Below are positions 1 to 9,795 of a DNA stretch of 64,000 nt, piece after piece. The DNA is from Bacteroidia bacterium (lineage in GTDB: Bacteria; Bacteroidota; Bacteroidia; NS11-12g; UBA955): the NCBI GenBank assembly GCA_041391605.1, contig JAWKNQ010000002.1:85417-149416 (forward strand), read 5' to 3'. Position numbers and translations under genes: made by a program. A model generated the notes under the pieces. It saw nothing but the letters and a program-made list of their open reading frames with translations, did no database searches and was not told where the DNA came from. Numbering within the stretch: the stretch's first letter is position 1; every line of letters starts with the position of its first letter.

Positions 1-1
1 T

Positions 2-1288
2 ATTGATGCTCAAAAAATGGCTGTGTATACGCTTGAACAAATGGCAATGGGTGGCATATATGATGCAATTGAAGGTGGCTTTTCTAGATACTCAGTTGAT
101 AAAAGGTGGTTTGCCCCACATTTTGAAAAAATGCTATACGACAACGCTCAGTTAATTGAAGTGTACAGCTATGCTTATCATAAAACTAAACACGAATTTT
201 TTAAAAGAATTGCTCTTGAAACAATTCAATTTTGTAAGCAAGAATGGAAGACTAAATATGGTGTTTACCAGTCGGCATTGGATGCTGATAGTGAAGGAGT
301 AGAAGGAAAATATTACACTTTAACATATAATGAACTTGAAAAAGTACTCGGGTCAGATTTGGATATTTTTGCCAAGTATTATCAATGTACTCAACATGGC
401 AATTGGGAAGAAAGTAGGAATATATTATTCCCTTTAGGTACCATAGAAAATGCAGCTATTGAATTAAAGATTGATTCAGATGATTTGCATAATGTTGTAA
501 AAAAATCTAGGGAAATTTTAAAAGTTTATAGAAAAACATTAATTAAACCAGGTATAGATGATAAATGCATAAATTCATGGAACAATTTGTTCTTAAAGGG
601 TATCTCTGAATCAGCCGTGTATTTAAATGATTCAAGTTTATTTGAAGAAGCAGAAGCATTAGAGAAGTCAATTTCAAATTCGTTTATTAAGGATGGAGAA
701 ATGTATAGAATATTCAAAGATGGCGAGTTGAAAATTGATGCATTTTTAGAAGATTACTCGACTTATTTGGATGCTTTACTTTCACTATTTACTGCTAGTC
801 TCGATGAAAATTATTTACTGAAAGCGGAACGCTATTTGAAGATTTGCATTGATAAATTCTACGATTCAAAAGTTGGGTTTTTTAAGTTTGAATCATCAGA
901 TGGATTACTACATTCAAAGTTTGATATCAACGATGATGTAATCAATAGTGGTAATAGTATAATGGCAAATGTCCTTTGGAAAATGTCGTGGTATTTCAGC
1001 AGAAATGATTGGCGAGAAATGGCAGAAAAAATGTTGGAGTCTATGCATGATTTATTGAAGGTAAATCTGGTCCTTAGACATAGCAATTGGGCAAACTTAA
1101 GTTTGCAAATTGAAACTGGGGCTATTCAGAAAATTATTTCGAGTAATAAAGCGAGAAAGGAGGTTCTTTCAATCCTTCAAATTCAAATTGAAAAAGATGT
1201 AATATTAGGTTATGTTTCAGAGTCGACACAGGTTCCTTTGTTTAAAGGGAAAGGATTTAATGGAACACATTTAGATTTATATTTGTAA
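2..1288 (+). CDS. thioredoxin-domain protein of the YyaL/DUF255 family, C-terminal part (5' end outside window)
   Basis: The frame stays open to base 2. The block GGIYDxIEGGFSRYSVDxxWxxPHFEKMLYDNAQL is characteristic of this family. Confidence 0.7.
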   Translation: MDAQKMAVYTLEQMAMGGIYDAIEGGFSRYSVDKRWFAPHFEKMLYDNAQLIEVYSYAYHKTKHEFFKRIALETIQFCKQEWKTKYGVYQSALDADSEGVEGKYYTLTYNELEKVLGSDLDIFAKYYQCTQHGNWEESRNILFPLGTIENAAIELKIDSDDLHNVVKKSREILKVYRKTLIKPGIDDKCINSWNNLFLKGISESAVYLNDSSLFEEAEALEKSISNSFIKDGEMYRIFKDGELKIDAFLEDYSTYLDALLSLFTASLDENYLLKAERYLKICIDKFYDSKVGFFKFESSDGLLHSKFDINDDVINSGNSIMANVLWKMSWYFSRNDWREMAEKMLESMHDLLKVNLVLRHSNWANLSLQIETGAIQKIISSNKARKEVLSILQIQIEKDVILGYVSESTQVPLFKGKGFNGTHLDLYL

Positions 1289-1345
1289 GGATCAGACGTG
1301 TTATGCACCTGAAAAAATTTGAATAAATAATTATATTAGCGGTTC

Positions 1346-1924
1346 ATGAGTCAACTATTAATAGACAATATACAGAAGCATATTCTTTTAAGTGAAGTAG
1401 AAATTAATGAATTGCTTTCTGTTTTAAAACCAAAAAAACTTAGAAAAAGACAATATTTTGTTCAAGAAGATGAAGTTAGTGAGAATTCTGCTTTTGTTAT
1501 TTCAGGATGTTTAAGGTCTTATTTTGTTGATTCAAATGGATTTGAGCACAATCTGCAATTTGCAATAGAAGATTGGTGGATTACAGACATGATGAGTTTT
1601 ACCACTCAAAAACCAGGACGATTATTTATTGATGCTTTGGAAAATTCTGAAGTTTTACTGCTTTCACGAAAAAATCAATTACAATTATTTGAGACTTGTC
1701 CAAAACTTGAAAAGTATTTCAGAATTATTACAGAAAATGGATTTGTTAGTAATCAAAATAGATTACTTGATAATTTAAGTTTACAAGCCACAGAACGCTA
1801 TCTAAACTTCAAAGAGAAATATCCTCAATTATTACAACGATTGCCGCAAATTCAAATAGCTGCTTATTTGGGGATAACACCTGAATTTTTAAGTAAAATC
1901 AGGAATCAATTGGCAAAGAAATAA
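1346..1924 (+). CDS. Crp/Fnr family transcriptional regulator
   Basis: 192 aa, with an N-terminal cyclic-nucleotide-binding-like beta-roll region and a C-terminal HTH (IAAYLGITPEFLSKIRNQ). Confidence 0.8.
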   Translation: MSQLLIDNIQKHILLSEVEINELLSVLKPKKLRKRQYFVQEDEVSENSAFVISGCLRSYFVDSNGFEHNLQFAIEDWWITDMMSFTTQKPGRLFIDALENSEVLLLSRKNQLQLFETCPKLEKYFRIITENGFVSNQNRLLDNLSLQATERYLNFKEKYPQLLQRLPQIQIAAYLGITPEFLSKIRNQLAKK

Positions 1925-1930
1925 TAAAGA

Positions 1931-2167
1931 TTACGAAGGTTCAGAGCGATGAGAGCTCATGTTTTTGCCTATAGTTTCAATAGCTTCTTCAATTTTATTT
2001 AATTCCGCTAATATATTGGATTTGTTTTCCCCTGTGAAAACTTTGTAATGCTTCAATAAATCATCTGAACACAATTCGGTATAGAGAGTTTTGAATGCTG
2101 CATTATGTTCTCTGATTTCTGCATATTCGTGAATTAGTTTTTCGGTTTGATCAAATATATTTGGCAT
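1931..2167 (-). CDS. hypothetical small protein
   Basis: 78-aa ORF that fills the gap between convergent neighbours. No recognisable motif. Confidence 0.35.
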   Translation of the reverse strand: MPNIFDQTEKLIHEYAEIREHNAAFKTLYTELCSDDLLKHYKVFTGENKSNILAELNKIEEAIETIGKNMSSHRSEPS

Positions 2168-2298
2168 AATCTAAATTGTTTGAAATACAATAATAAGGTT
2201 TTTATGTAATTGATTTGCATTCTATCTAAATAATGAAACTTAATATAGTTTAAGAAAATTTATTAATCTGTATTAATGCATGGCTTTAAAACACCAAG

Positions 2299-2306
2299 TA
2301 GTTTTG
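2299..2306 (+). promoter_or_regulatory. Bacteroidota -7 box (TAgtTTTG) upstream of the yceI-like gene
   Basis: Exact TAnnTTTG match, 21 nt upstream of the ATG at 2328. Confidence 0.45.
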
Positions 2307-2327
2307 CGTCTTAAAATTTAATAAATT

Positions 2328-2855
2328 ATGTCAAGTTATTCATTCGACCCAGCTCACTCTGAAGTTACATTTAAAGTTAAACATCTTATGATTTCAAATG
2401 TAACTGGCCATTTCTCTAGTTTTGAGGCCACAGTAGAATCAGAAAAAGAAGATTTTTCAGATGCTAAAATTGATTTTCATGCTGATGTTAATAGTATAAG
2501 CACGAAAAACGAACAAAGAGATGCACATTTAAAGAGCGCAGATTTCTTTGATGCTGAAAACTACCCAAAAATGGAATTCAAATCGTCCAACTTTAAAAAG
2601 GTTGAAGGTTCAAGTTACAAATTGGAAGGCGAATTAACCATACGTGGAGTGAGTAAATCTATAGTTTTAGATGTAGAGTATGCAGGTACTATGAGCGACC
2701 CTTATGGAAATGAAAAGCATGGATTTGAAATAGTTGGCAAGATAAATCGAAAAGATTTTGGCTTGAATTGGTCAGCAGTTACTGAAGCAGGAGGAATTGT
2801 CGTTTCTGATGAGGTGAGAATTTTAGTTGATGCTCAATTTGTCAAGAATCAATAA
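2328..2855 (+). CDS. YceI family polyisoprenoid-binding protein
   Basis: 175 aa. The SxVxFxVKHLMISxVxGxF start and the RDAHLKSADFFDAENYPxMxF block are typical of YceI-like domains. Confidence 0.85.
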   Translation: MSSYSFDPAHSEVTFKVKHLMISNVTGHFSSFEATVESEKEDFSDAKIDFHADVNSISTKNEQRDAHLKSADFFDAENYPKMEFKSSNFKKVEGSSYKLEGELTIRGVSKSIVLDVEYAGTMSDPYGNEKHGFEIVGKINRKDFGLNWSAVTEAGGIVVSDEVRILVDAQFVKNQ

Positions 2856-2913
2856 ATACCTTGTCAAATAATGCACAGATAGTTTTATAATTAATTGATA
2901 CCTAAATTCAAAG

Positions 2914-2945
2914 CAGCCAAATCGTCATAGTTTTGGCTGTTTTTC
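2914..2945 (+). terminator. intrinsic terminator after the yceI-like gene
   Basis: Stem cagccaaa / tttggctg followed by a T-run. Confidence 0.6.
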
Positions 2946-2996
2946 TTTTTGGTATTATCTTTGGGTTATACATCAAAAATATACCCCAATTTTTAA

Positions 2997-3004
2997 TATC
3001 TTTG
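2997..3004 (+). promoter_or_regulatory. -7 box (TAtcTTTG) immediately upstream of secA
   Basis: Exact TAnnTTTG match, only 7 nt before the ATG at 3012. Confidence 0.4.
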
Positions 3005-3011
3005 CAATTTT

Positions 3012-6000
3012 ATGCTCAACAATCTCATTAAAAATATAACGAAAGTCTTTGGTGGAAGCAAAAGCGAAAAGGATGTTCAACAACTGACTCCTTACATTGA
3101 CAAGATCAATGATTTTTATGATTCCTATCAAGAGTTAAGTCATGACCAACTCCGGGCTAAAACTGCTGAACTCAAAGAACGCATACAAAATGGATTATCA
3201 GATTTTGATTCAAGAATTGATGTCATTACGGCAGAAATTGAAAAAATGACTGCAGAAGAAGTTCTTGAAAAAGATCAAAAATACTCTGAGATTGAGGATA
3301 TCATTAAAGAGAAAGACGTTGCTTTAGAAAAATTATTGTTAGAAATTTTACCTGAAGCATTTGCTGTTGTTAAGCAAACTGCAAGGCGTTTTAGTGAAAA
3401 TGAAGAATTAGAAGTATCGGCGAATGAATTTGATATAAATCTTTCGAAAAGAAAACCTAATGTTACGATTGTAGGGGATAAAGCTAGATATTCAAATGAA
3501 TGGACTGCAGCTGGAGCCACTGTTAAATGGAATATGGTGCACTATGATGTTCAGCTTATTGGTGGTGTTGTTTTGCATCAAGGCAAGATTGCTGAGATGG
3601 CTACTGGAGAAGGAAAAACACTAGTTTCAACTCTACCCGCATATTTAAATGCCTTAGCAGGAAATGGTGTTCACATTGTAACTGTCAACGATTACCTTGC
3701 ACGACGAGACTGTGAATGGAACGCTCCAATTTTCGAATTTCACGGTTTAAGTGTTGACTGTATAGACTTTCACAGACCAAATAGCGATGAGCGTCGTCAG
3801 GCATATTTGGCTGATATTACTTATGGCACAAATAATGAGTTTGGATTTGATTACTTAAGAGACAACATGACTCACAGTCCAGAGGAATTGGTGCAGAGAA
3901 AACATCATTATGCGATGATAGATGAGGTCGATTCAGTTTTAATTGACGATGCAAGAACACCGTTAATTATTTCAGGTCCAGTTCCAAAAGGTGATATCCA
4001 GGAGTTTACGGCATTGAAGCCTAGAATTGAAAAATTGGTTAATGCACAGAAAAAAGCGGTAAACACGTTTTTAAATGATGCAAAGAAACTTATAGAGGCA
4101 GGAAATACTGGTGAAAAAGAGGGCGAAGGAGGTTTGGCCTTGTTGAGAGCTTATAGAGGTTTGCCAAAGCACAAAGCGGTTATTAAATTTTTAGGGGAAC
4201 CTGGAATGAAAGCTTTGTTAACTAAAGTAGAGAATTTCTACATGCAAGAGCAGCAAAAGCACATGTACAAGGCCGATGCTGAATTGTATTTTGTTATTGA
4301 TGAAAAAAATAATCAAGTTGAACTCACTGAACGAGGAATTGAAAGTATAACTCAGTCTGGTGAAGAAAAAGATTTTTTCATTATACCTGATGTTGGGACT
4401 GAAATAGCAGACATTGAGAAGTCGAATGTTTCGGATGAAGAAAAAGCAGAAGTTAAAAGTGAGTTAATGCGCAATTTTGCAATTAAATCAGAGCGAATTC
4501 ACGCAATTAGTCAGTTGTTAAAAGCTTATGCTTTATTCGAAAAAGATACAGAATATATCCTTGTAGATGGCAAAGTGAAAATTGTGGATGAACAAACTGG
4601 TCGTGTACTCGAAGGGAGAAGATATAGCGATGGACTCCATCAAGCTATTGAAGCTAAGGAAAATGTGAAGATTGAAGCTGCAACACAGACATTTGCAACT
4701 ATAACTCTACAGAATTTCTTTAGAATGTATCACAAACTTGCGGGAATGACTGGTACTGCAGAGACTGAAGCAGGTGAATTTTGGGAAATATATAAATTGG
4801 ACGTCGTTGTTATACCAACAAATAAACCTATTGCACGTATTGATACAGATGATCAGATTTACAAAACAAAACGCGAGAAATACAATGCTGTTATAGACGA
4901 AGTTATTAAACGTTCTAATGAATCGTCACAAGTCCTAGTAGGTACAACTTCTGTAGAAATTTCTGAGTTGTTGTCAAGGATGTTAAAGGTAAAGAAACAT
5001 CAAACACAATGTATTAATACAAAAAAAGCCAAAAGAGAGGCCGAGGTGGTTGCTGAAGCAGGGTATCCTTCTGCGGTAACTATTGCAACCAATATGGCTG
5101 TGGTGAAAATTGGATATAAAAATAGGAGGAAAAGTTAAGGAAGGCAGGAGGGGTTAGCTATAGTTGGAACAGAAAGACACGATTCAAGACGAGTTGACCG
5201 TCAGCTAAGGGGACGTGCTGGTAGACAAGGGGATCCAGGATCGTCTTTGTTTTTTGTTTCATTGGAAGATGATTTGATGCGTAAGTTTGGAAGTGATAGA
5301 GCATCAAAATTAATGGATAAATTTGGATATAAAGAAGGAGAAGTTATTCAACATTCGATGATGAGTAAAACTATTGAACGCAGTCAAAGAAAGGTTGAGC
5401 AAAACAACTTTGGAATGCGCAAACGTTTACTTGAGTACGATGATGTGATGAATAAACAAAGAACTGTTATTTACAAACGTCGTAAAAACGCCTTATTGGG
5501 AGATAGATTAGCGCTTGATATTCAAAATATGCTTTCAGAATGGTGTGATGACAAAGTATTGTTTGCAAAAGATAGTGAAGACTATAGTGCTTTATCAATG
5601 GAAATTGCCATGTCCTTCGCACTTGAGCTGCCGTTTAATGAAGAGACTTTTAGAACTAGTAAACCTGAAGCATTAGCGGATGAATTATACCATTATCTGA
5701 TTGAATCCTACCAAGCAAAACAAAAGAAGATGAGTGAAATAGCTCTTCCCGTATTAAAACGAATTCAAACTCAAGAAGGAGACAAAGTTGAATTTGTAAT
5801 GATACCTTTCACGGATGGTATTAAAAACTTTGGAATTCCTGTGAATTTGAAAAAGTGTATTAATAGTAATGGTGAAGCGCTTACAATTGAATACGAAAAA
5901 AATGTTTGTTTAGAAACACTTGACGATGAATGGAAAGATCATTTAAGGGAATTAGACGAATTGAAACAATCTGCTAACAATGCAACATTTGAGCAGAAAG

Positions 6001-6296
6001 ATCCATTGTTGATATATAAAATTGAATCGGTTAAATTATTCCAAGGAATGATTGGTAGAATGAATGATAAAATTTTATCTATGTTATTTAAGGCACAAAT
6101 TGCAACAGAGGATAATAGACAAGTTCAAAAAGCCAGAGAACCACAAAAAACAGATTTAAGTAAATTAAAATTGAGCAGTTCTGAAAATAGACCTGTTTCA
6201 AATGAAGGATTAGTTACAAATGGAGAGATGCCTGAGCAAAAGTTGAGTAGAGCAGAGCGTCGGAAACAAGAAAGAGAACTACAAAAAAAGCGTTAA
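3012..6296 (+). pseudogene. secA: preprotein translocase ATPase SecA, disrupted as sequenced (frame excursions about 4985-5153 and an in-frame TAA at 5136-5138)
   Basis: ORFs 3012-5138 and 5247-6296 are in the same frame. The gap encodes the canonical GGLAIVGTERHDSRRVDRQLRGRAGRQGDPGSS block. The motifs IKHNVL and [10 protein letters not shown] appear only in the +1 frame. The rest is full-length SecA ([29 protein letters not shown]). Confidence 0.9.
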
Positions 6297-6300
6297 TTAC

Positions 6301-6684
6301 ATGAAAAGATTGATAGTTTTAGCAATATTTGCATTTGCCATATTTAGTATTGATGCGCAGGTTCAAGTAAATAAACCTGCGGGTTTAGACAATTTAATTC
6401 AAACTCGCACAGCTCAGAAAATGAATCCTAATGCAACTACGCATGGATATCATATTTTGATTTTTAATGGGGATGATAGGAATAAAGCTGAAAAGATGAA
6501 ATCAAAATTTGATTCTGAATTTGAGAGTCACAGTGAAGTTGTTTGGGATGAACCAAATTTCAAAGTTTACGTAGGGGCATACACTTCAAAATTTGAGTGC
6601 ATGAAATTATACGAGGAAATTAAAGGGAAGTATCAAACTGCAATTGTTGCAAGCGCAAAAATAAACTATCCACCTTTAGATTAA
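6301..6684 (+). CDS. SPOR-like domain protein with signal peptide
   Basis: N-terminal signal sequence. The C-terminal about 75 aa (GYHILIF...KVYVGAYTSKFECMKLYEEIK) resemble a SPOR peptidoglycan-binding fold. Confidence 0.5.
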   Translation: MKRLIVLAIFAFAIFSIDAQVQVNKPAGLDNLIQTRTAQKMNPNATTHGYHILIFNGDDRNKAEKMKSKFDSEFESHSEVVWDEPNFKVYVGAYTSKFECMKLYEEIKGKYQTAIVASAKINYPPLD

Positions 6685-6685
6685 T

Positions 6686-6844
6686 ATGTTTAAAAAAATT
6701 TGGTCCTATATAACATTTCAGAAACAACCTGATATGGGAAATGAAGACAAATCTTCTCTTCGATTAATGCATGGTATTAATCGAATCTCAATTCTAATGT
6801 TTCTAATCGGAATGGTAATTGTAATAATAAAGATATTCAAATAG
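6686..6844 (+). CDS. small hypothetical membrane protein (52 aa)
   Basis: ATG ORF below the ORF-track size cut-off: MFKKIWSYITFQKQPDMGNEDKSSLRLMHGINRISILMFLIGMVIVIIKIFK. It has one C-terminal TM helix and is tightly packed between its neighbours. Confidence 0.35.
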   Translation: MFKKIWSYITFQKQPDMGNEDKSSLRLMHGINRISILMFLIGMVIVIIKIFK

Positions 6845-6851
6845 AATACTT

Positions 6852-7556
6852 ATGAACGGATATATTATTATTATGCTTGCTGTGATGCTGGTTTCTTGGT
6901 TAATCAGTTCACGTCTAAAAAGTAAATTTAAGCACTATTCAAAATTGCATTTGCAAAACAACATGTCAGGAGCAGAAATTGCAGCAAGAATGCTTGCTGA
7001 TAATGGCATATCTGATGTGAAAATTATTTCTGTTAAGGGTCAATTAACGGATCATTATAACCCAATTAATAAAACAGTTAATTTGAGTGAAGCTGTATAT
7101 AGTCAACGTAATGCTGCAGCGGCGGCTGTTGCTGCGCATGAATGTGGGCACGCCGTTCAACATGCAGAAGCATACGCCATGTTGGGTTTAAGAAGTAAAA
7201 TGGTGCCTATTGTGAATATAAGTTCAAGCATTATGAACACTCTAAATATGATTATGTTCTTTGGCGCTGGAGCTTTATTGTATTCAAATAATTCAATTGG
7301 TTCTACCTTGTTGCTGATTATTGTTGTAGCCAACTTGTTCATTACGGCTTTTGCAATGATTACACTGCCAGTGGAGTTTGATGCAAGTAAACGCGCCTTA
7401 GTTTGGATGAAAAACAATGGAATTGTGACAAACAATGAATATGCTGGTGCAAAAGATTCTCTTAAATGGGCTGCCATGACTTATGTTGCTGCTGCAGCTG
7501 GGGCACTCGCAAATCTTGTTTATTTTCTTTCTATATTCATAGGTAATAGAGATTAA
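6852..7556 (+). CDS. YugP-type membrane zinc metallopeptidase
   Basis: 234 aa with an N-terminal TM helix, an HECGHAVQH (HExxH) site and C-terminal TM helices. This is the typical putative neutral zinc metallopeptidase architecture. Confidence 0.8.
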   Translation: MNGYIIIMLAVMLVSWLISSRLKSKFKHYSKLHLQNNMSGAEIAARMLADNGISDVKIISVKGQLTDHYNPINKTVNLSEAVYSQRNAAAAAVAAHECGHAVQHAEAYAMLGLRSKMVPIVNISSSIMNTLNMIMFFGAGALLYSNNSIGSTLLLIIVVANLFITAFAMITLPVEFDASKRALVWMKNNGIVTNNEYAGAKDSLKWAAMTYVAAAAGALANLVYFLSIFIGNRD

Positions 7557-7560
7557 TCTA

Positions 7561-8865
7561 ATGATGCGCAAATGTTTTATTCTTTTATTCTTGCTTGGTA
7601 TTCTCTTTAAGTCGTTTGCTCAAAATAATGAGCAAAAGTTACTTTTGAATCAATATGTTCAAGATGAAAAGGGTAAAAAAATGCAATCAATTGTTGCAGT
7701 TTACAAATTCATGGGGCTTCCACTTGAAGATCCTATGAATATTGGTGTTGAGACAAAGAAGAAATCAAATTATTTCAACGCCAAATTACCTAATATGGAG
7801 GGTATGGGCGACACTTCTTATGCATATATCTATTTCGGCGGCATTGATGATCGCGAAGATTTAACAGGGTATACCTTGATTTTTATTGGTAATAATCAAA
7901 GAAGTTCCAAGCCAGCTTTGTTTTGGATTGACCGTAATCACAACTTAGATTTGTCGGATGATGGAGCTCCTGATACTCTGCCAAATTCTTCGATGAGTAT
8001 GGACATCACTCTGATTAATCCGAAGGTTGATAATGCAACCTATACAGTTAATCTAAGTCGATTTTCAACATCTTATAACTCCAAGTATGTCGGAATGTTA
8101 GATGAGTACTATAAAGACAATAGTGGTGAGAAGAAATATGCTGGGACCCTTTTTAGTTTTAAAGAAGTTCGATTAAACACCATTGCAGGTGATTATAAGT
8201 TTGGAGATGATAGTTTTCGATTAGGAATTAAGGATGTAAATTGTAATGGTATATACAACGATTATGGGACGGATGTTCTGCTAATTGGAGACTATAAATC
8301 CTTGGTATTACCTGATAATAAAGTCGAGATAAAATCAAAATCAGGCAAAACCTGGTTTGAGCGAAATGGGAAGCGCTATTTAGTATTACATGTGGATCAA
8401 GTTGGTGCTTATGTCATACTTAAAGAAGATAAAGATGCTAAAATTCAGAACAGTTTAACAATTGGAAAGAAACTGAAGAAATTCAAATTTCAAACAACTG
8501 ATAAAGAGAGAAAAAGCATTTGCATAAAAAAATATAAACGAAAACCCATGTATTTATATGTATGGAGTTTTGATCAACCTGGATTTAGTGAAGACACAGC
8601 GGCATTGAGAATCATTGAAAGGGATTATAAAAATAAAATTCAATTGCTAACTTTGAACTATGGTGAAACACCTTTAGAATTGAAAAAATTTAAGCGCAAC
8701 AACAAGATTACATGGCGCATTGGCCAATCCACTCAAAAGATTAATGATATATTATTTATAGAGCATTTGCCATTTGGATTGCTAACTCTAAAAAAGCTCA
8801 AAATTAAAGATGTTAAGATAAGTCCTACAGATTTGTTATTTTTGCTAAAAAATAATCAGATTTAG
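7561..8865 (+). CDS. hypothetical secreted protein with a degenerate thioredoxin-like C-terminus
   Basis: Signal peptide. The C-terminal block YLYVWSFDQPGFSEDTAALRIIERDYKNKIQLLTLNY looks like a TlpA-type FWAxWCxPC region that lacks both cysteines. Confidence 0.5.
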   Translation: MMRKCFILLFLLGILFKSFAQNNEQKLLLNQYVQDEKGKKMQSIVAVYKFMGLPLEDPMNIGVETKKKSNYFNAKLPNMEGMGDTSYAYIYFGGIDDREDLTGYTLIFIGNNQRSSKPALFWIDRNHNLDLSDDGAPDTLPNSSMSMDITLINPKVDNATYTVNLSRFSTSYNSKYVGMLDEYYKDNSGEKKYAGTLFSFKEVRLNTIAGDYKFGDDSFRLGIKDVNCNGIYNDYGTDVLLIGDYKSLVLPDNKVEIKSKSGKTWFERNGKRYLVLHVDQVGAYVILKEDKDAKIQNSLTIGKKLKKFKFQTTDKERKSICIKKYKRKPMYLYVWSFDQPGFSEDTAALRIIERDYKNKIQLLTLNYGETPLELKKFKRNNKITWRIGQSTQKINDILFIEHLPFGLLTLKKLKIKDVKISPTDLLFLLKNNQI

Positions 8866-8866
8866 T

Positions 8867-9787
8867 ATGGAAGATATTGAAGAACAAGAAATTGTTAAAC
8901 CCAAAAAAGGAAGAACTGGAATAATCATTCTACTATTATTACTATTCCTAGGTTCTGCAAGTGTAAATTTTTGGTTGTGGGATAAGGAGAAAAAAGCTAC
9001 TACAATTGTTAATTCTAAGATAGACTCACTTCAATCTTATCATACTTTAAAAGATAGTTTATATGCCGCCCTTGCTGAGGAAGAAGAAAAAGTAGCAGGT
9101 CTAAGAGCTGAAATTATCATGTATCAAGAAGATAATGATAGTTTAAGATTGTTATTGGATGAGAAACTAGCGAAAATAGCAAGTTTAAGGGCAATGGTTC
9201 GTAGAGGTGGCAGTCCCGCTACTTTGAGAGCATTGAAGGATAGTTTGAGCAGAATAAGTGCCTCTAATCTTGAATTTAAGGGACAAGTAGATTCTTTGCT
9301 TTTACAAAATGATGATTACAAGTCTAAATTGATACAACAAGAAAATCAAATTGCAGCTTTAGAAAATCAAAAGAAGATGCTCAATGATAAGGTGGATATC
9401 GCATCCCAGCCTAGTTGTGGTCCTGTTATCGTAACGCCAATGTATGAGAAAAAAGGAGTTTATATTCCTCAGTTCAAAGCTAGAAAAGTTGATCGTTTGC
9501 AAATTACATTTGATATTCTCGGGAATAAATTAACTGCCAAAACAGTGGACAAAGAATACCTGGTCAGAATAATGGACCCAGATGGAATCGTATTGAGTAA
9601 TAACAACAAACAACTTAGTAGTTCAGATGAGCTTTACACAGTTAAAGAAAATGTGAGTTTCAATGGAACTCAACAAAAGATTAAAGTAAATTTTACTCAA
9701 GATCCTTCTTATAAAAAAGGCAAATATAAGGTTGAATTGAAAGAAGGTTCTGAAGTGATTCAAACTTTTTCATTTGAATTGATGTAA
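8867..9787 (+). CDS. hypothetical membrane-anchored coiled-coil protein
   Basis: One N-terminal TM helix, about 130 aa of heptad-like L/E/K-rich sequence, and a C-terminal beta-rich domain. The start lies 2 nt after the upstream stop. Confidence 0.5.
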   Translation: MEDIEEQEIVKPKKGRTGIIILLLLLFLGSASVNFWLWDKEKKATTIVNSKIDSLQSYHTLKDSLYAALAEEEEKVAGLRAEIIMYQEDNDSLRLLLDEKLAKIASLRAMVRRGGSPATLRALKDSLSRISASNLEFKGQVDSLLLQNDDYKSKLIQQENQIAALENQKKMLNDKVDIASQPSCGPVIVTPMYEKKGVYIPQFKARKVDRLQITFDILGNKLTAKTVDKEYLVRIMDPDGIVLSNNNKQLSSSDELYTVKENVSFNGTQQKIKVNFTQDPSYKKGKYKVELKEGSEVIQTFSFELM

Positions 9788-9795
9788 GCAATAGC

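Noticed and set aside
5136-5138. The idea that in-frame TAA codons (5136, 12449, 53490) reflect stop-codon reassignment or programmed readthrough.
   Set aside because: TAA is the normal terminator of many intact genes in this window, including rplS, queA (restored frame), ppx (restored frame), the Calx-beta protein and the tmRNA tag. The secA TAA lies within a stretch that is already out of frame. Three isolated cases amid many indels fit mutation or error better.
5139-5246. The gap between the two secA ORFs as a possible intein, intron or insertion.
   Set aside because: The gap is in frame and encodes the canonical SecA motif GTERHDSRRVDRQLRGRAGRQGDPGSS. Nothing extra is inserted.
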